Shown here: positions 39,775 to 51,583 of the stretch, in pieces
Layout of the letters: each line of letters starts with the position of its first letter
Numbering within the stretch: the first letter of the stretch is position 1
Assembly (NCBI RefSeq): GCF_006345805.1
Contig: NC_043025.1
Coordinates: 14,570,001 to 14,634,000 of the forward strand
DNA length: 64,000 bases
DNA from: Octopus sinensis
Lineage: Eukaryota
Direction: 5' to 3'
Position numbers and translations under genes: made by a program
Notes under the pieces: model-generated
Databases searched by the model: none
Told to the model about the DNA's origin: nothing
The model's input: only the letters and a program-made list of their open reading frames with translations

Positions 39775-40305
39775 TAGCAGCTGTGTGGACAGGTGCGAAT
39801 TAACATATTCGGTTAATGTGTGGGGGCGTACTCACAGGTGTCTTGTGTGTGTGTGTGCGGATCTCATTAACATAATGTAGTGTTGTGGCGATGACAGCAA
39901 CATTTCACTACCACAGAGGCGGCGGCGGCGTGTTGGTGGGTCATGCTGCTGACGGCGATGATGATGATGGAAGCGATGGATGTAGCAGCGGTCGTTGTTT
40001 CTGCCGGTGGTGGTGGTGGTGGTGGTGGTGGTAGTTGCCCTTGTAGTGTCAGTGGTGGTGGTGTCGCTGATGGTCGCGGTAGTAGTAGTAGCAGCAGAAG
40101 CGATGGTGGTGGTGGTGGTGGTGATGGCGGCAGTAACGGTGGTGGTGGTGGTAGTCCTGGTAGAGGCACTATTAGTGACGGCGGCGGTGCACAGGTGTTT
40201 TGATTAACGCAAGCCCTGAATACACACAGGTGTTGCCCGTGTCGGTTAATTAGCATATTTGCCGTTGCCAATTAGCATATTGGTTGGGTAATTAGCATAT
40301 TGGCT
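39775..40305. promoter_or_regulatory. Candidate neural enhancer: E-box cluster plus POU/octamer-like sites
   Basis: CAGCTG at 39778; CAGGTG at 39790, 39835, 40192 and 40227; AATTAGCATATT x3 at 40248, 40270 and 40290; variant AATTAACATATT at 39798. Function is inferred. Confidence 0.5.
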
Positions 40306-41749
40306 GCTATATGACATTAGCCACGTCAGCACTTTTATGGCTCAACGTTATTGGACTACTACCACCACCACCACTACATCTATTTTTACTACTGCTGCTA
40401 CTACTAAAACTACTAAACGAATTTTCGCTACTACTACTACTACTTCAGCTGTTGCTACCACAACTATTTCTACTACCACCAAGACACCACTACCACCTCC
40501 AAAATACTGGCGGTACCACATGTAATTCTAGTGCTCGTACTGCAACATGTACGCGACTTTTACCAGCACCACCACCCAAAATAGTGCTAGTACTACATAT
40601 TCTATTACTACCACTACAACTACTACCGCTACTGCAACAATTATTACTACTAATACTACTATTAGTTTCACCTATACTATTGTTACTAGTCTCCTAGCAT
40701 GTACACTGTTGTACTTGTGCCTATACTGCTGCGAAACTTAGCACAATATTACCACTTATAGGCATACGAGTGGCTGTGTGATAAGTAGCTTGCTTACGAA
40801 CCACATGGTTCCAGGTTCAGTCCCACTGCTTGGCACCTTGGGCAAGTGTCTTTTACTATAGCCTCGGGCCGACCAAGCCTTGTGAGTGGATTTGGTAGAT
40901 AGGAACTGAAAGAAGCCCGTCGTATATATATATATATATGTGTGTGTATATGTTTGTGTGTCTGTGTTTGTCCCCCCCCCCACCATAGCTTGACAACCAA
41001 TGTTGGTGTGTTTACGTCTCCGTAACTTAGCAGTTCAGCAAAAGACCCAAATAGAATGAGTACAAGGCTTACAAAGAATAAGTCCTGGGAGTGGATTTGT
41101 TTGACTAAAGGCGGTGCTCCAGCATGGCTGCAGCCATATGTCTGAGACAAATAAAAGAATATATATATAAACAATAAATGTCACCCTTTTCAAGCCTAGC
41201 CAAGCTCATGGGCCTGGTTTCCCGGTTTCTGTGGCATATGTGTTCCCCCCAGCTGGATGGGACGCCAGTCCATCGCAGCGTCACCCAAGAAACAGGAAGA
41301 GTGAGAGAAAGTTGGGGCAAAAGAGTACTAGAGGGGTTGCCACCACACCCTGCCGGAGCCACGTGGGGCTTTTAGGTGTTTTCGCGCAATAAACACACAC
41401 AACGCTCAGTCTGGGAATCGAAACTGCGATCCTCCGACCGCGAGTCCGCTGCCCTAACCACTGGGCCATTACACCTCCATATATATATATATCATATATA
41501 CATACACACGTCCAGACCTCTCATACGCACTAATACTCTCTCATACACACACACACACTCTTCTCATACACTCACACACACTCTTATGTTGGAGCGAGGT
41601 CATTTAACCCTATTATCTCCCCTAATTTTGCTCTTGCGTCTCACGTTTGATCTTTGACTTCTGGCCGAAATCAGATCGCCATGTTGATTCGCTAGCCTCT
41701 GCACGCATATCTTTTTCTCTCCTTCTTTCTGTGTTTTTTCTCTGTGTAT

Positions 41750-41785
41750 CTTTCTGTTGAAGAGCGTAGGCTCGAAATGTTAAAG
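41750..41785 (+). ncRNA. Minimal hammerhead-like motif, GAGC family, degenerate
   Basis: CTTT-CTGTTGA-A-GAGC-gtag-GCTC-GAAA-TG-TT-AAAG (A6U; CG changed to TG in stem III). Confidence 0.55.
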
Positions 41786-41920
41786 ACTTGTTTTATTTAT
41801 ATTTCCTGAGCGCCATACTAATACAATTGTTTGTTTGTATTCCACCTGCCTTCGTCTTTTGTTTATTTCCGTAAACCTGCCTTCGTCTTTTGTCTATTTT
41901 CATAAAGCTTCCCGTTATAT

Positions 41921-41963
41921 TAGTCCGATGATGGGTTAACAGGCTGAAATTTCGAAGTCACTG
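41921..41963 (+). ncRNA. Minimal hammerhead motif, TTCGAA family, degenerate
   Basis: TAGT-CCGATGA-T-GGGTTAACAGGCT-GAAA-T-TTCGAA-G-TC-ACTG (U4C). A sister copy lies at ~11255-11290. Confidence 0.55.
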
Positions 41964-42527
41964 TCAGTAATGTCCTTGTTTAAGAATAATAAATTTGTAC
42001 TCTGCTTAAGAATAGAGAAAGTCATCAGATTAATGTAAAAGTGTTTTCATTCTAGGTGCAGGAGTGGCTGTGTGGTAAGGAGCTTGCTTCTCAGTCACAT
42101 GGTTATGGGTTCAATACCACTGTGTGGCATCTTGGGCAAGTACTAGAAGGAAACTGAAAAAAGCTCTTGGCGTGTGTGTGTGTATATATATATATATATA
42201 TCGCTTAACAACCGATGTCGGTGTGTTTACGTCCCCATAACTTAGTGGTTCGGCAAAAGAGACTGATAGAATAAGTTCTAGGCTTACAAAGAATAAGTCC
42301 TGGGGTTGATTTGCTCGACTAAAGGTGGTGCTCCAGCATGGTCACAGTTAAGTGACTGAAATCAATTAAAGAATATGTGTTTGTGTGTATATATGTATAA
42401 ATGTATGGTGTGGCTTTGTGGTAAGAAGCTTGCTTGCCAACCACATGGTTCCAGGTTCAGTTCCACTGCATGACACCTTCAGCAAGTGTCTTCTACTGTA
42501 TTGCAATACACACACACACACACATAT

Positions 42528-42581
<54 letters not shown>

Positions 42582-42696
42582 TATATATATATTATATATA
42601 TATATATACTATATAGATATATATATATACTATATATATATATATATATATAATGTCTTCTATTTTTTTTCCTCTGCCTTCCTTTTCTCTCTCTCC

Positions 42697-42733
42697 TGTT
42701 TCTGAAGAAGAGCTTTGCTCAAAACATAAAACA
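42697..42733 (+). ncRNA. Minimal hammerhead motif, GAGC-like family, inactivated by CpG decay
   Basis: TGTTT-CTGAAGA-A-GAGC-ttt-GCTC-AAAA-CA-TA-AAACA. Reverting two CpG transitions restores GAAA-CG-TA. Confidence 0.55.
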
Positions 42734-42825
42734 CCCTTTCTTTCCTTCCCTGAGCGTCTTATTAATACTTTGCATGCAACATGTTCTCGCATTTTGTGTT
42801 TTTTCTTTGTTTTTTGGGGATTAAT

Positions 42826-42884
<59 letters not shown>

Positions 42885-43925
42885 CAGAATGTATAAGCAC
42901 AGGGCATATACTGTTATAGACCTTTGATTTGTGTGTTGAGTGTTTTGATGTGAAGATATGTATGAATGGATCTGTATCAGTAGTGCGTGTGGCTGGTTAT
43001 AGTAGCAAGCGTTAAAGGTTGTGGCAGTTAGTATTGGCACTTGTAGCACTTAGTAATACTGATAATAGTAGCTACAAAATAGTCATACAGTAATCAGATA
43101 CCTTTTTTCATGTGTTTCAGTCATTGGACTGCAGTCATGCTGGAGCACCACCTTGAAGGGATTAAAGTGATTGACACCAGTACTTAGGGGTTTTTTTAAA
43201 GTTTTGTACTTACTTGTATCAGTCTCTTTGACAAACGGTGAAGTTATGTGCACTTTTATATGAACCAACACTGGTTGTCAGCTGGTGAGGTGGAGGAACA
43301 AACATCACGAAGACACACACATGATGGGCTTCCACATAGTTTCTACCTGCCAAATTCACTCATAGGACATTGATCTACCTTGAGTTATAGTAAGACACTT
43401 GATCAAAATGTTGTGCAGTGGGATTGAACACAGGGCCACATGGTTGCAAAGTGAGCTTCCCAACCACATAGCTATACCTACGCTTATGTCAATGTAACAG
43501 TGAACACTACTCTATCCTAGTCTTAAATGATTAAAAAAAAACAGTAAAACTGAATTAATCTCACACTGCTAAAACTTGACTAAATTCATCCTCAAGAATG
43601 TCAATGTTGACCCACTCCTGTCCCTGCAGCTCCTGTCTCCACACATGATAGGTGACAGTCAGTGATTTTTACTCCTCTGACACTGCTAAGAGTCATTCCT
43701 TCTGCTTCTGACCCCACTGACATGGGTGGGAGGCTGGGAGCCTGTCAAACCAAACCGCAGAATGAGGCTCAGATGCTTAATCTGTGTTTATCTCCCACGT
43801 AAATTAACCTTCATCACATTCTGTACTCAGCCAATAAAAGAGTGTATTGAAAAGTTATTGGTTTCTGTACCACAAAATATATAAAAATTCTCTTTCTCTC
43901 ACATATACATGAACTCTGTGGCTTT

Positions 43926-43990
<65 letters not shown>

Positions 43991-45510
43991 TGTGTGTATA
44001 TATATATATAGTGTGTGTGTATATATATATATATATGTGTATGTATATAGTGTGTTTATATTATAGATTCACATGGTATATATATGCACACATGTGGCTA
44101 TACCTATTCACACAGTCGTCTGTGTATATTTGTATATACATATATATCTGTATATACACACACACACACATATATATATAAATACATTCACATTTACAAT
44201 TATGCAAACATTTATATAGATACATGTATGCCTTTATATATATATATATATATACACACACATGTACGTATATCGGCATATACGTATATATAAACGTGTG
44301 TGTGTGTGTGTGTAAAATGGATTTTACTGCTTTAAATCTCCAATTATCTTAGAGAGAGTTTTGGTGATGGTGGTGGGGGAGGGGGTCGTCGGGATGCTGA
44401 TTTCGGTAAGGATGATGTTGATTTGAGGGCGATGGTTATTGTCGTTGTTGTTGTTGTTTGTTGCCAGGATTGAATGTTAAGTGGTGAACGTGATGGGATG
44501 TATGCAAATGAGATGGCTTTCCACCTCTCTCTCTCCTCCTCCCCTCTTTCTCTCCTTTCTTCACTGTTTCTTTCACTCTCTCACTCTTTATCTCTCTCCC
44601 CCACTCCCTCATTCTCATATCCTTTCTCTCTCACACACTTCCCACTCTCTCCTGTCTCCTTCTCTCCATCCTTTCCCTTTCGTCTTCCTTCTCTTTCACT
44701 CTCATCAACACCCACCACCACTCCCCCCACTATCACCATCACTACCACTACACTGCACCACACCATTATTCGCACCACCACCTCTTACTATCAAGCATCA
44801 CCATCATTCATACCACCACCGCCTATACAACTCCATTTCGTCAATTAAGATAACGATCCACGTTGTACATTTCAACCTAAGCTGTGATTTGTGACTTCAT
44901 TACAAACTACAGCTTAAACAGCTTTATTATATATACCACATTACCGTTTACTACTGTTACTACTACTACTACCGCTTATACTGTACTACTGTAACGCCAC
45001 AACACTACACCACTACCACCACCACCAACACTATCGATGCCGCCACCACCATTGACTACGCTACAACCATTTACTACCATATATGTATATGGGTGTATAT
45101 ATACACATGCATATATACATGCGTGATCACACGCACACACACATGTATCAATCAATGAAGATTCAGTCGTTTGACCTCCACTGAATTATCTGCTCCTGAA
45201 CTAGCATATAATTGGCTGAGCATTCCACAGACAGCTGCCCTTAATATGACACTGTCTTGACAAGATTGTACCATTTTGCATTTATAAGTACAACCCACAT
45301 AATAGGCTTCAGTACAGTTTCTAATTACTCAGTCTCACAAGTTATGGTTTCACCTGAGGAGATTGAAAATGACATTTGGTCAGGATGCCAAACAGTGAGA
45401 TTGAACCTTGCATCTCATGGCTTTAAAGGAAAACTTCTTAATCACTTAGCCAATATATCGTACCTCAGCACAATTATTGCCAACACTACTACTACTACTA
45501 ACACAATCAC

Positions 45511-45546
<36 letters not shown>

Positions 45547-45944
45547 CATTATTATTATTAAGGCGGCGAGCTGACAGAAACGTTAGCACACCAGGTGAAA
45601 TGCTTAGAGGTATTTCGTCTGCCGCTACGTTCTGAGTTCAAATTCCGCTGAGGTCGACTTTGCTTTCATGGTCAATAAATTAAGTACCAGTTACGCACTA
45701 GGGTCGATGTTCCATTTTATATATATAGATGGAGATATAAACAGTGAGTACCTCTCTCTCTCTGCCAGTCTAAAATGAAAATAAGAACTGAGGTCATTTG
45801 AAACTGCCAACACAGGACCTAATTTATCCTCTACCATCCCACAAGCATAAGAGACAACAGCTGGTGAACTACACCTCTTACACTGTTAATAGGCACATTT
45901 TCTTTTGTTTCTAATCTTGATCAAACAAAACCACAAGGTGCAGT

Positions 45945-46416
45945 TTAAATATATATGTATATATATATATATATGTATATATACATACATATATATATAC
46001 ATACATATATATGTATATATACATACATATATATATGTATATATACATACATATATATATATATGTATATATACATATATATATGTATATATACATACAT
46101 ATATGTACATATATGTATATATACATACATATATATATATATATGTATATATACATACATATATATATATATATGTATATATACATACATATATATATAT
46201 GTATATATACATACATACATATATACATACATACATATATATATATGTATATATACATACATATATATATGTATATATACATACATATATATATGTATAT
46301 ATACATACATATATATATATACATACATATATATGTATATATACATACATATATATATGTATATATACATACATATATATATATGTATATATACTACATA
46401 TATATAATATGTATAT

Positions 46417-46483
<67 letters not shown>

Positions 46484-46485
46484 AT
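45945..46485. repeat. Compound (TA)n/(CATA)n/(TATG) satellite
   Basis: About 540 bp of higher-order TA/CATA repeats; it is the source of several spurious Ile/Tyr ORFs. Confidence 0.95.
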
Positions 46486-49271
46486 ATCTGTTTATATCGT
46501 ACTTAATCTAATGTTCGTCATGCTCTATACACTTCCAATACAAGGTTGTATTGAATATGTTTTTGTGCCACAAAATATACAAAACCCCACACACCATTGT
46601 CAGTCACATTTCTTTCAATCATTTTATATTTTTAGGGTACAGGTAGGGCTCTGGATGAGTAGTTAAGAACTTTGCTTTCCAGCCAGTTGGTTTTATGTTC
46701 GGCCCCTTTGGTTATTGCCTTTCATTGTAGCCCCAGGTCTTGTGAAGTTGTGTGGCTTCGGGGTAAGAGTATACAGTTCACAATCATGATTTTGCAAGTT
46801 CGATTCCTGGAAGTACAGAGTGTCCTTGAGTAAGATCCTTTATTTTCATGTTGCTCCTGTCCACTTGCGTCATTCTGAATCTCCCCAAGAACTTCATTAA
46901 GGGTACGTGTCCCTGTCAAGTGCTCCACTGCCCTCACATTAATTTCATGAGCAGGCTGTTTCATTAATTAGATGAACTAGAACTCTCATTATCATAACCG
47001 ATGGAATGTCAGCCCCAGGCTAACCAAACCTTTGTGAGCGGTTTGGTGGAAATTGAAAGAATCCCATCATGTGTGAGGGTATGCGTTTGGGTGTGTTTAG
47101 ATTTGTGCCTCTGAAAAAATCCCAAGCCCCAAATATTGTTGTTGTTACCCCTGTTATTAAATTATTCGTGGCTTTGCTCTTTCAAAAGCATGTGGAATAA
47201 GGGATCCCTTCTTGAAAAAAAAAACAGGTAAGGGTTTGTAATAGAAAGGGAATCTGGTTATAAATCAATGCCTTAGTTATATATTCATCTAACCCATGCC
47301 AGCATGGAAAAATGGGTGTGGCTGTGTGGTAAGTAGCTTCCTTCCTAACCACATGGTTCCAAGTTCAGTCCCACTGCATGATACCTTGGGCAAGTGTCTT
47401 TTACTATAGCCTCAGGCTGACCAAAGCCTTGTGAGTGGATTTGGTTGACGGAAACTGAAAGAAGCCCATCAAGGTGCATGTGTGTGTGTATATATGTATA
47501 TATATATATATATGGGGGCAGGTGTAGCTGTGTGGTAAGAAGCTTGTTCCCCAACCATATGGTTCCAGGTTCAGTCCCACTGCGTAACACCTTGGGCAAG
47601 TGTCTTCTACTATAACCTCAGGCTGACCAGTCTTGCAAGTGGATTTGGTAGACGAAAACTGAGAGAAACCCATCGTGTATGTATTTGATAACCAGTGTTG
47701 GTGTGTTTACGTCCCTGTAACTTAGTTCAGTAAAAGAGAATGATGAAGTACCAGGCTTAGAAATAAAAAAAAAATCCTGGGGTCAATTCTTTCAACTGAA
47801 AGTTCTGTATGGCCACAGTCTAATGACTGAAACAAAAACGGCAACATGGTTCACAACATGGCAACACCCCATGTTCTCCATTCACATCTGTCTTTGTCTC
47901 AATCACCAATCTCCTTCCTTTCATCCTGCTTGTAAACCAACTTAGCTACCCAGCCACCCTTAATTCTCTCTCCCTATTCTCTCTCATATACACCCCTTAT
48001 ACATTGACAATATACTCTGACACCCCACCTCCACTGTCGTTTCTCCCTTTCTAGTATCTCCTCATCAGCAAGACCCTTTTTCCCTGTCCTCCTATCCTAC
48101 TTTTGTCAGCCTCTCAACACCTGACACAAAGCCCCGACTTCTCAATACGACACCCAAGCTTGAAATGTCTTCGTGTTCTGAGTAAATTACTGACCTCGCT
48201 AGTGCTGGTGCCACACGAAGGGCACAGAATACAGCCTGTAAAGTGGTTAGCGTCAGGAAGGGTTCCGGCTGAAGAAGCCAAGCCAAAACCAGACAACTGG
48301 AACTGGATGCAATCGTCTGGTTGATTGAATTCTGTCGGATAAGTTAGCCTATGGCAGCATAGAAGACTGACCTTGGTTGGCGTTAGGGAGCGCTTCCAGC
48401 TGAAGAAACCAAACCAGAAGCTGATGTTGCAGCACCACATGTCCTCTGGCTTAGCAGATTCTGTCGAACCATTTGGCTGATACCAGCATGGAAGAAGGAA
48501 GCACCATGAGAGAGGACGATGAATGAACACATTTGTAATCATTATTTCCTGATAAAGTATTTATCACACACTCACACGCACGTGTCTGTACATTTAGGTC
48601 ACAACAATCCTTTCTACTATGGGCACATGGCCTGAAATTTGGCCTTGGTGGGATTTGAACTCAGAAAGTAGAAATGGGTAAGATAGATATTTGTTACAAT
48701 GATGAAGTCAAACCAAATGATATTTTGAAGGCATTTAGGACATACAGGCGTGGCTGTGTGGTACGAAGCTTGCCTCCCAACCGTGTGGTTCCAGGTTCAG
48801 TCCCCCTGCATGGCATCTTGGCTAAATGTCTTCTACTATATCCTCAGGCCAACCAAATTCTTGTGAGTGGATTTGGTAGATGGAAACTGAAAGAAGCCTG
48901 TTCTGTGCTTGTCCCCCACCACTGCTTGACAACCGATGCTGGTGTGTTTATGTCTCTGTAACTTAGCGGTAAGGCAAAAGAGACCAATAGAATAAGTACA
49001 AGGCTTTTAGAAAATAAGTCCTGGAAGTCGATGCATTCGACTAAAAGTTCTTCAAGGCAGTGCCCCAGCATGGCCACAGTTTAATAACTTGAACAAGTAA
49101 AAAATATATATACACACACACATGCATACACATGTGTATATAAACCATAAAAAGTAAGGTGGTATGAGAGGTGAATATATTTAGTTAAGCATTTGATATT
49201 CTTAGGATTACAGCTATTTCGCAGCGTTCATCGTGTAATAATCTCAGTGTATAATAAATTGCTTACATGTC

Positions 49272-49368
49272 TGCACTAATACACATTATACACTAATACA
49301 CATTATACACATTATACACTAATATGCATTATACACTAATACACATTATACACTAATATGCATTATAC
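49272..49368. repeat. 17-bp minisatellite (TATACACTAATAYRCAT)n
   Basis: About 5 tandem units are visible directly. Confidence 0.85.
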
Positions 49369-50264
49369 AATTCTGTATCAACAAATCAAAGCAGATAAAG
49401 AAGGCCTGCTCATCAGATCATGAAAACCTCATGGTTACAACCAAAGCCTCAACTCCTGGATTTCAGTTGCATAGAACTTGGCATTATATGTGGTCTGATA
49501 GCCAGGTCCAGTAGAGGAGCTTTCTGTGATAGCCACAAGATTCTGTGAATCCGCATATTGCACTACAAATGAATATACAGTGAGATAGTTTGTGTATGTG
49601 TGTGTGTGTGTAGAAAGGATCTGTGACAGGGTATATAAACTAAACCGCCCTCTTCCCTTTGTACCACCACCACCACCTCTGGCTGCTTGGGACTAACTGG
49701 CTATGACACAGCTGTGAGTGTGTATATATGTATGTATAGTACAAACACACACGTGTGTATGTGTTTGTGTGTGTGGTGGGGGAGGGTGTATATACACCAT
49801 TATCACTCCACATCACAGCTGGTTCATGTAAACTTGTTTCACCTTCTGTATATTTATGTGCATGTATGTATGTGTGTGTGTGTGTGTGTGTATATATATT
49901 ATCATTGTAAATATATTGCATATATACAATAGAACAAACATTCAGATAGCTGTATACTATATGTGTGTGTGTGTATATGTATGTATGTATACACACACAT
50001 ACGTATAAATCAATATACATGCATTCACAGGCATAACATATACTCACTTCCACTTAAATTCACACACACACATTCACACACACATATATATATATATATA
50101 TATACACATACATATACACAGATGCACACCAATCGATATATATACACACACAGGCATACCATATGCTTCTACTGACATTGATACTCACACACATACCCAT
50201 ACATATACACACACACACATATACTCATGCATTTCTCTCTATATATACATTACACACACTTATT

Positions 50265-50314
<50 letters not shown>

Positions 50315-50990
50315 CACCTCTCTTTTGATATATTTAGACACACACATAGTTACAGCTGGTCTGCTGGTAAATATTGTCAGGATAAGTGGTAAACTACTTA
50401 ATCCAGCTGTGACCACTCCATTGACCAGATGTTATGGTGGTGGTGGTGGTGGTGGTGGGCACACAACAAACAATGACTTTCATCCCTCCCTCCCCTTCTG
50501 TATTTCTCTCTCCCTCTCTCTCCCTACTTAACTGGGCAGCAATAATGCTCCCCTCCCCCTCACCTTGACTACTTTCACTTACATTTCTACACATTCACAC
50601 ACACCCAATACTACACACACAAGTGTGTGTTTAAATGCTAAAGTAGACAGGCAAGGAGTGAGTGAGAGAGAGAGATTGTTTGGTGTGTGTTTGTCTGTGT
50701 TGAAACCACTACAAGAGTGTTATTAAATTATGTCTCTCTCTCTCTCTCTATCTTACTATCTGCCTCTCTATTTGGTTATTTGTATATGTCTACCTGTCTG
50801 TCTGTCTCTCTATCACTTTCCATCCATCTACTGTATTTTAATGTATATAAAGAACACTTGTCTATAAGGAACCACGTAATTTTGGGGCCTTAAAATTTGG
50901 AAAAAAGGTTGTGTAAGGGATTATAATATTATCCATGTATAAAACTCACATTTTTTAAACCTAATTTTTTGGACAAAAAAGGGTTCCTTA

Positions 50991-51391
50991 TCTCTCTATA
51001 TATAAAGCTGAAGTTGTCTGTGTGTGGCAGGTTTGGTAGCCTTCAACTAACACTATCTCCTCCGAGACCCTGCAGCGCAAGTTGACCAAAATTGAGAGTA
51101 TGATAGAAGAAGGCTTGCTCTTCATTTCCTTGAAGAAAAAATTCAAATTGGACCATGTTAACACCAAAAATTATTTACATCAAAAAGGTGCTTTTTTTCT
51201 CTGAAAATCCCTATTTTTTTACGATTTTCTGACTGCTGTATCGCCATTTTTCGGTGTATTTCAACCAGAAAAATGTTCACTTAAAGAGAATAACAAGCTA
51301 CATAATGCAAAATTATGTAGCTTTTCGAAAATTCCAATTCTAAAGGGTCGAAAAGAAAACAAGCCCGAGCAATGCTAGGCGATACTGCTAG
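50991..51391 (+). mobile_element. Non-autonomous Helitron-like element
   Basis: 5' TC(TC)TATATATAAAG; 3' hairpin GCCCGAGCAATGCTAGGC followed by CTAG (51388-51391); inserted between A and T with no TSD. Confidence 0.7.
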
Positions 51392-51583
51392 TACATGTTA
51401 CGGTATATATAGATAAATATCTATCTATCTTTTTTCCTTCCATCTATTTCACTTCTCATCTGTCTCTGTCCACTTCTCTATTTGTCCCTCTTGCTTTCTA
51501 TCTCTTTCCATCTACCTCTCTATTTGTCCAACTGTCTTTCCATCCATCCATCTATCTTCTCAGCTATCTATCTTTACATCTAT

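Noticed and set aside
44352-44410. Possible internal micro-exon (TTAG...TCG|GTAAGG)
   Set aside because: The acceptor is weak, the content is low-complexity, the phase does not fit 1-1, and there is no MTG similarity.
45886-46666. Long Ile/Tyr/His/Met-rich ORFs (up to 253 aa) and the many similar ORFs across the window
   Set aside because: They are translations of stop-free TA/CA/TG microsatellites with no splice or homology support.
49385-49420. CTGATGA-GCAG...CTGC on the minus strand
   Set aside because: No GAAA or UH follows stem II.
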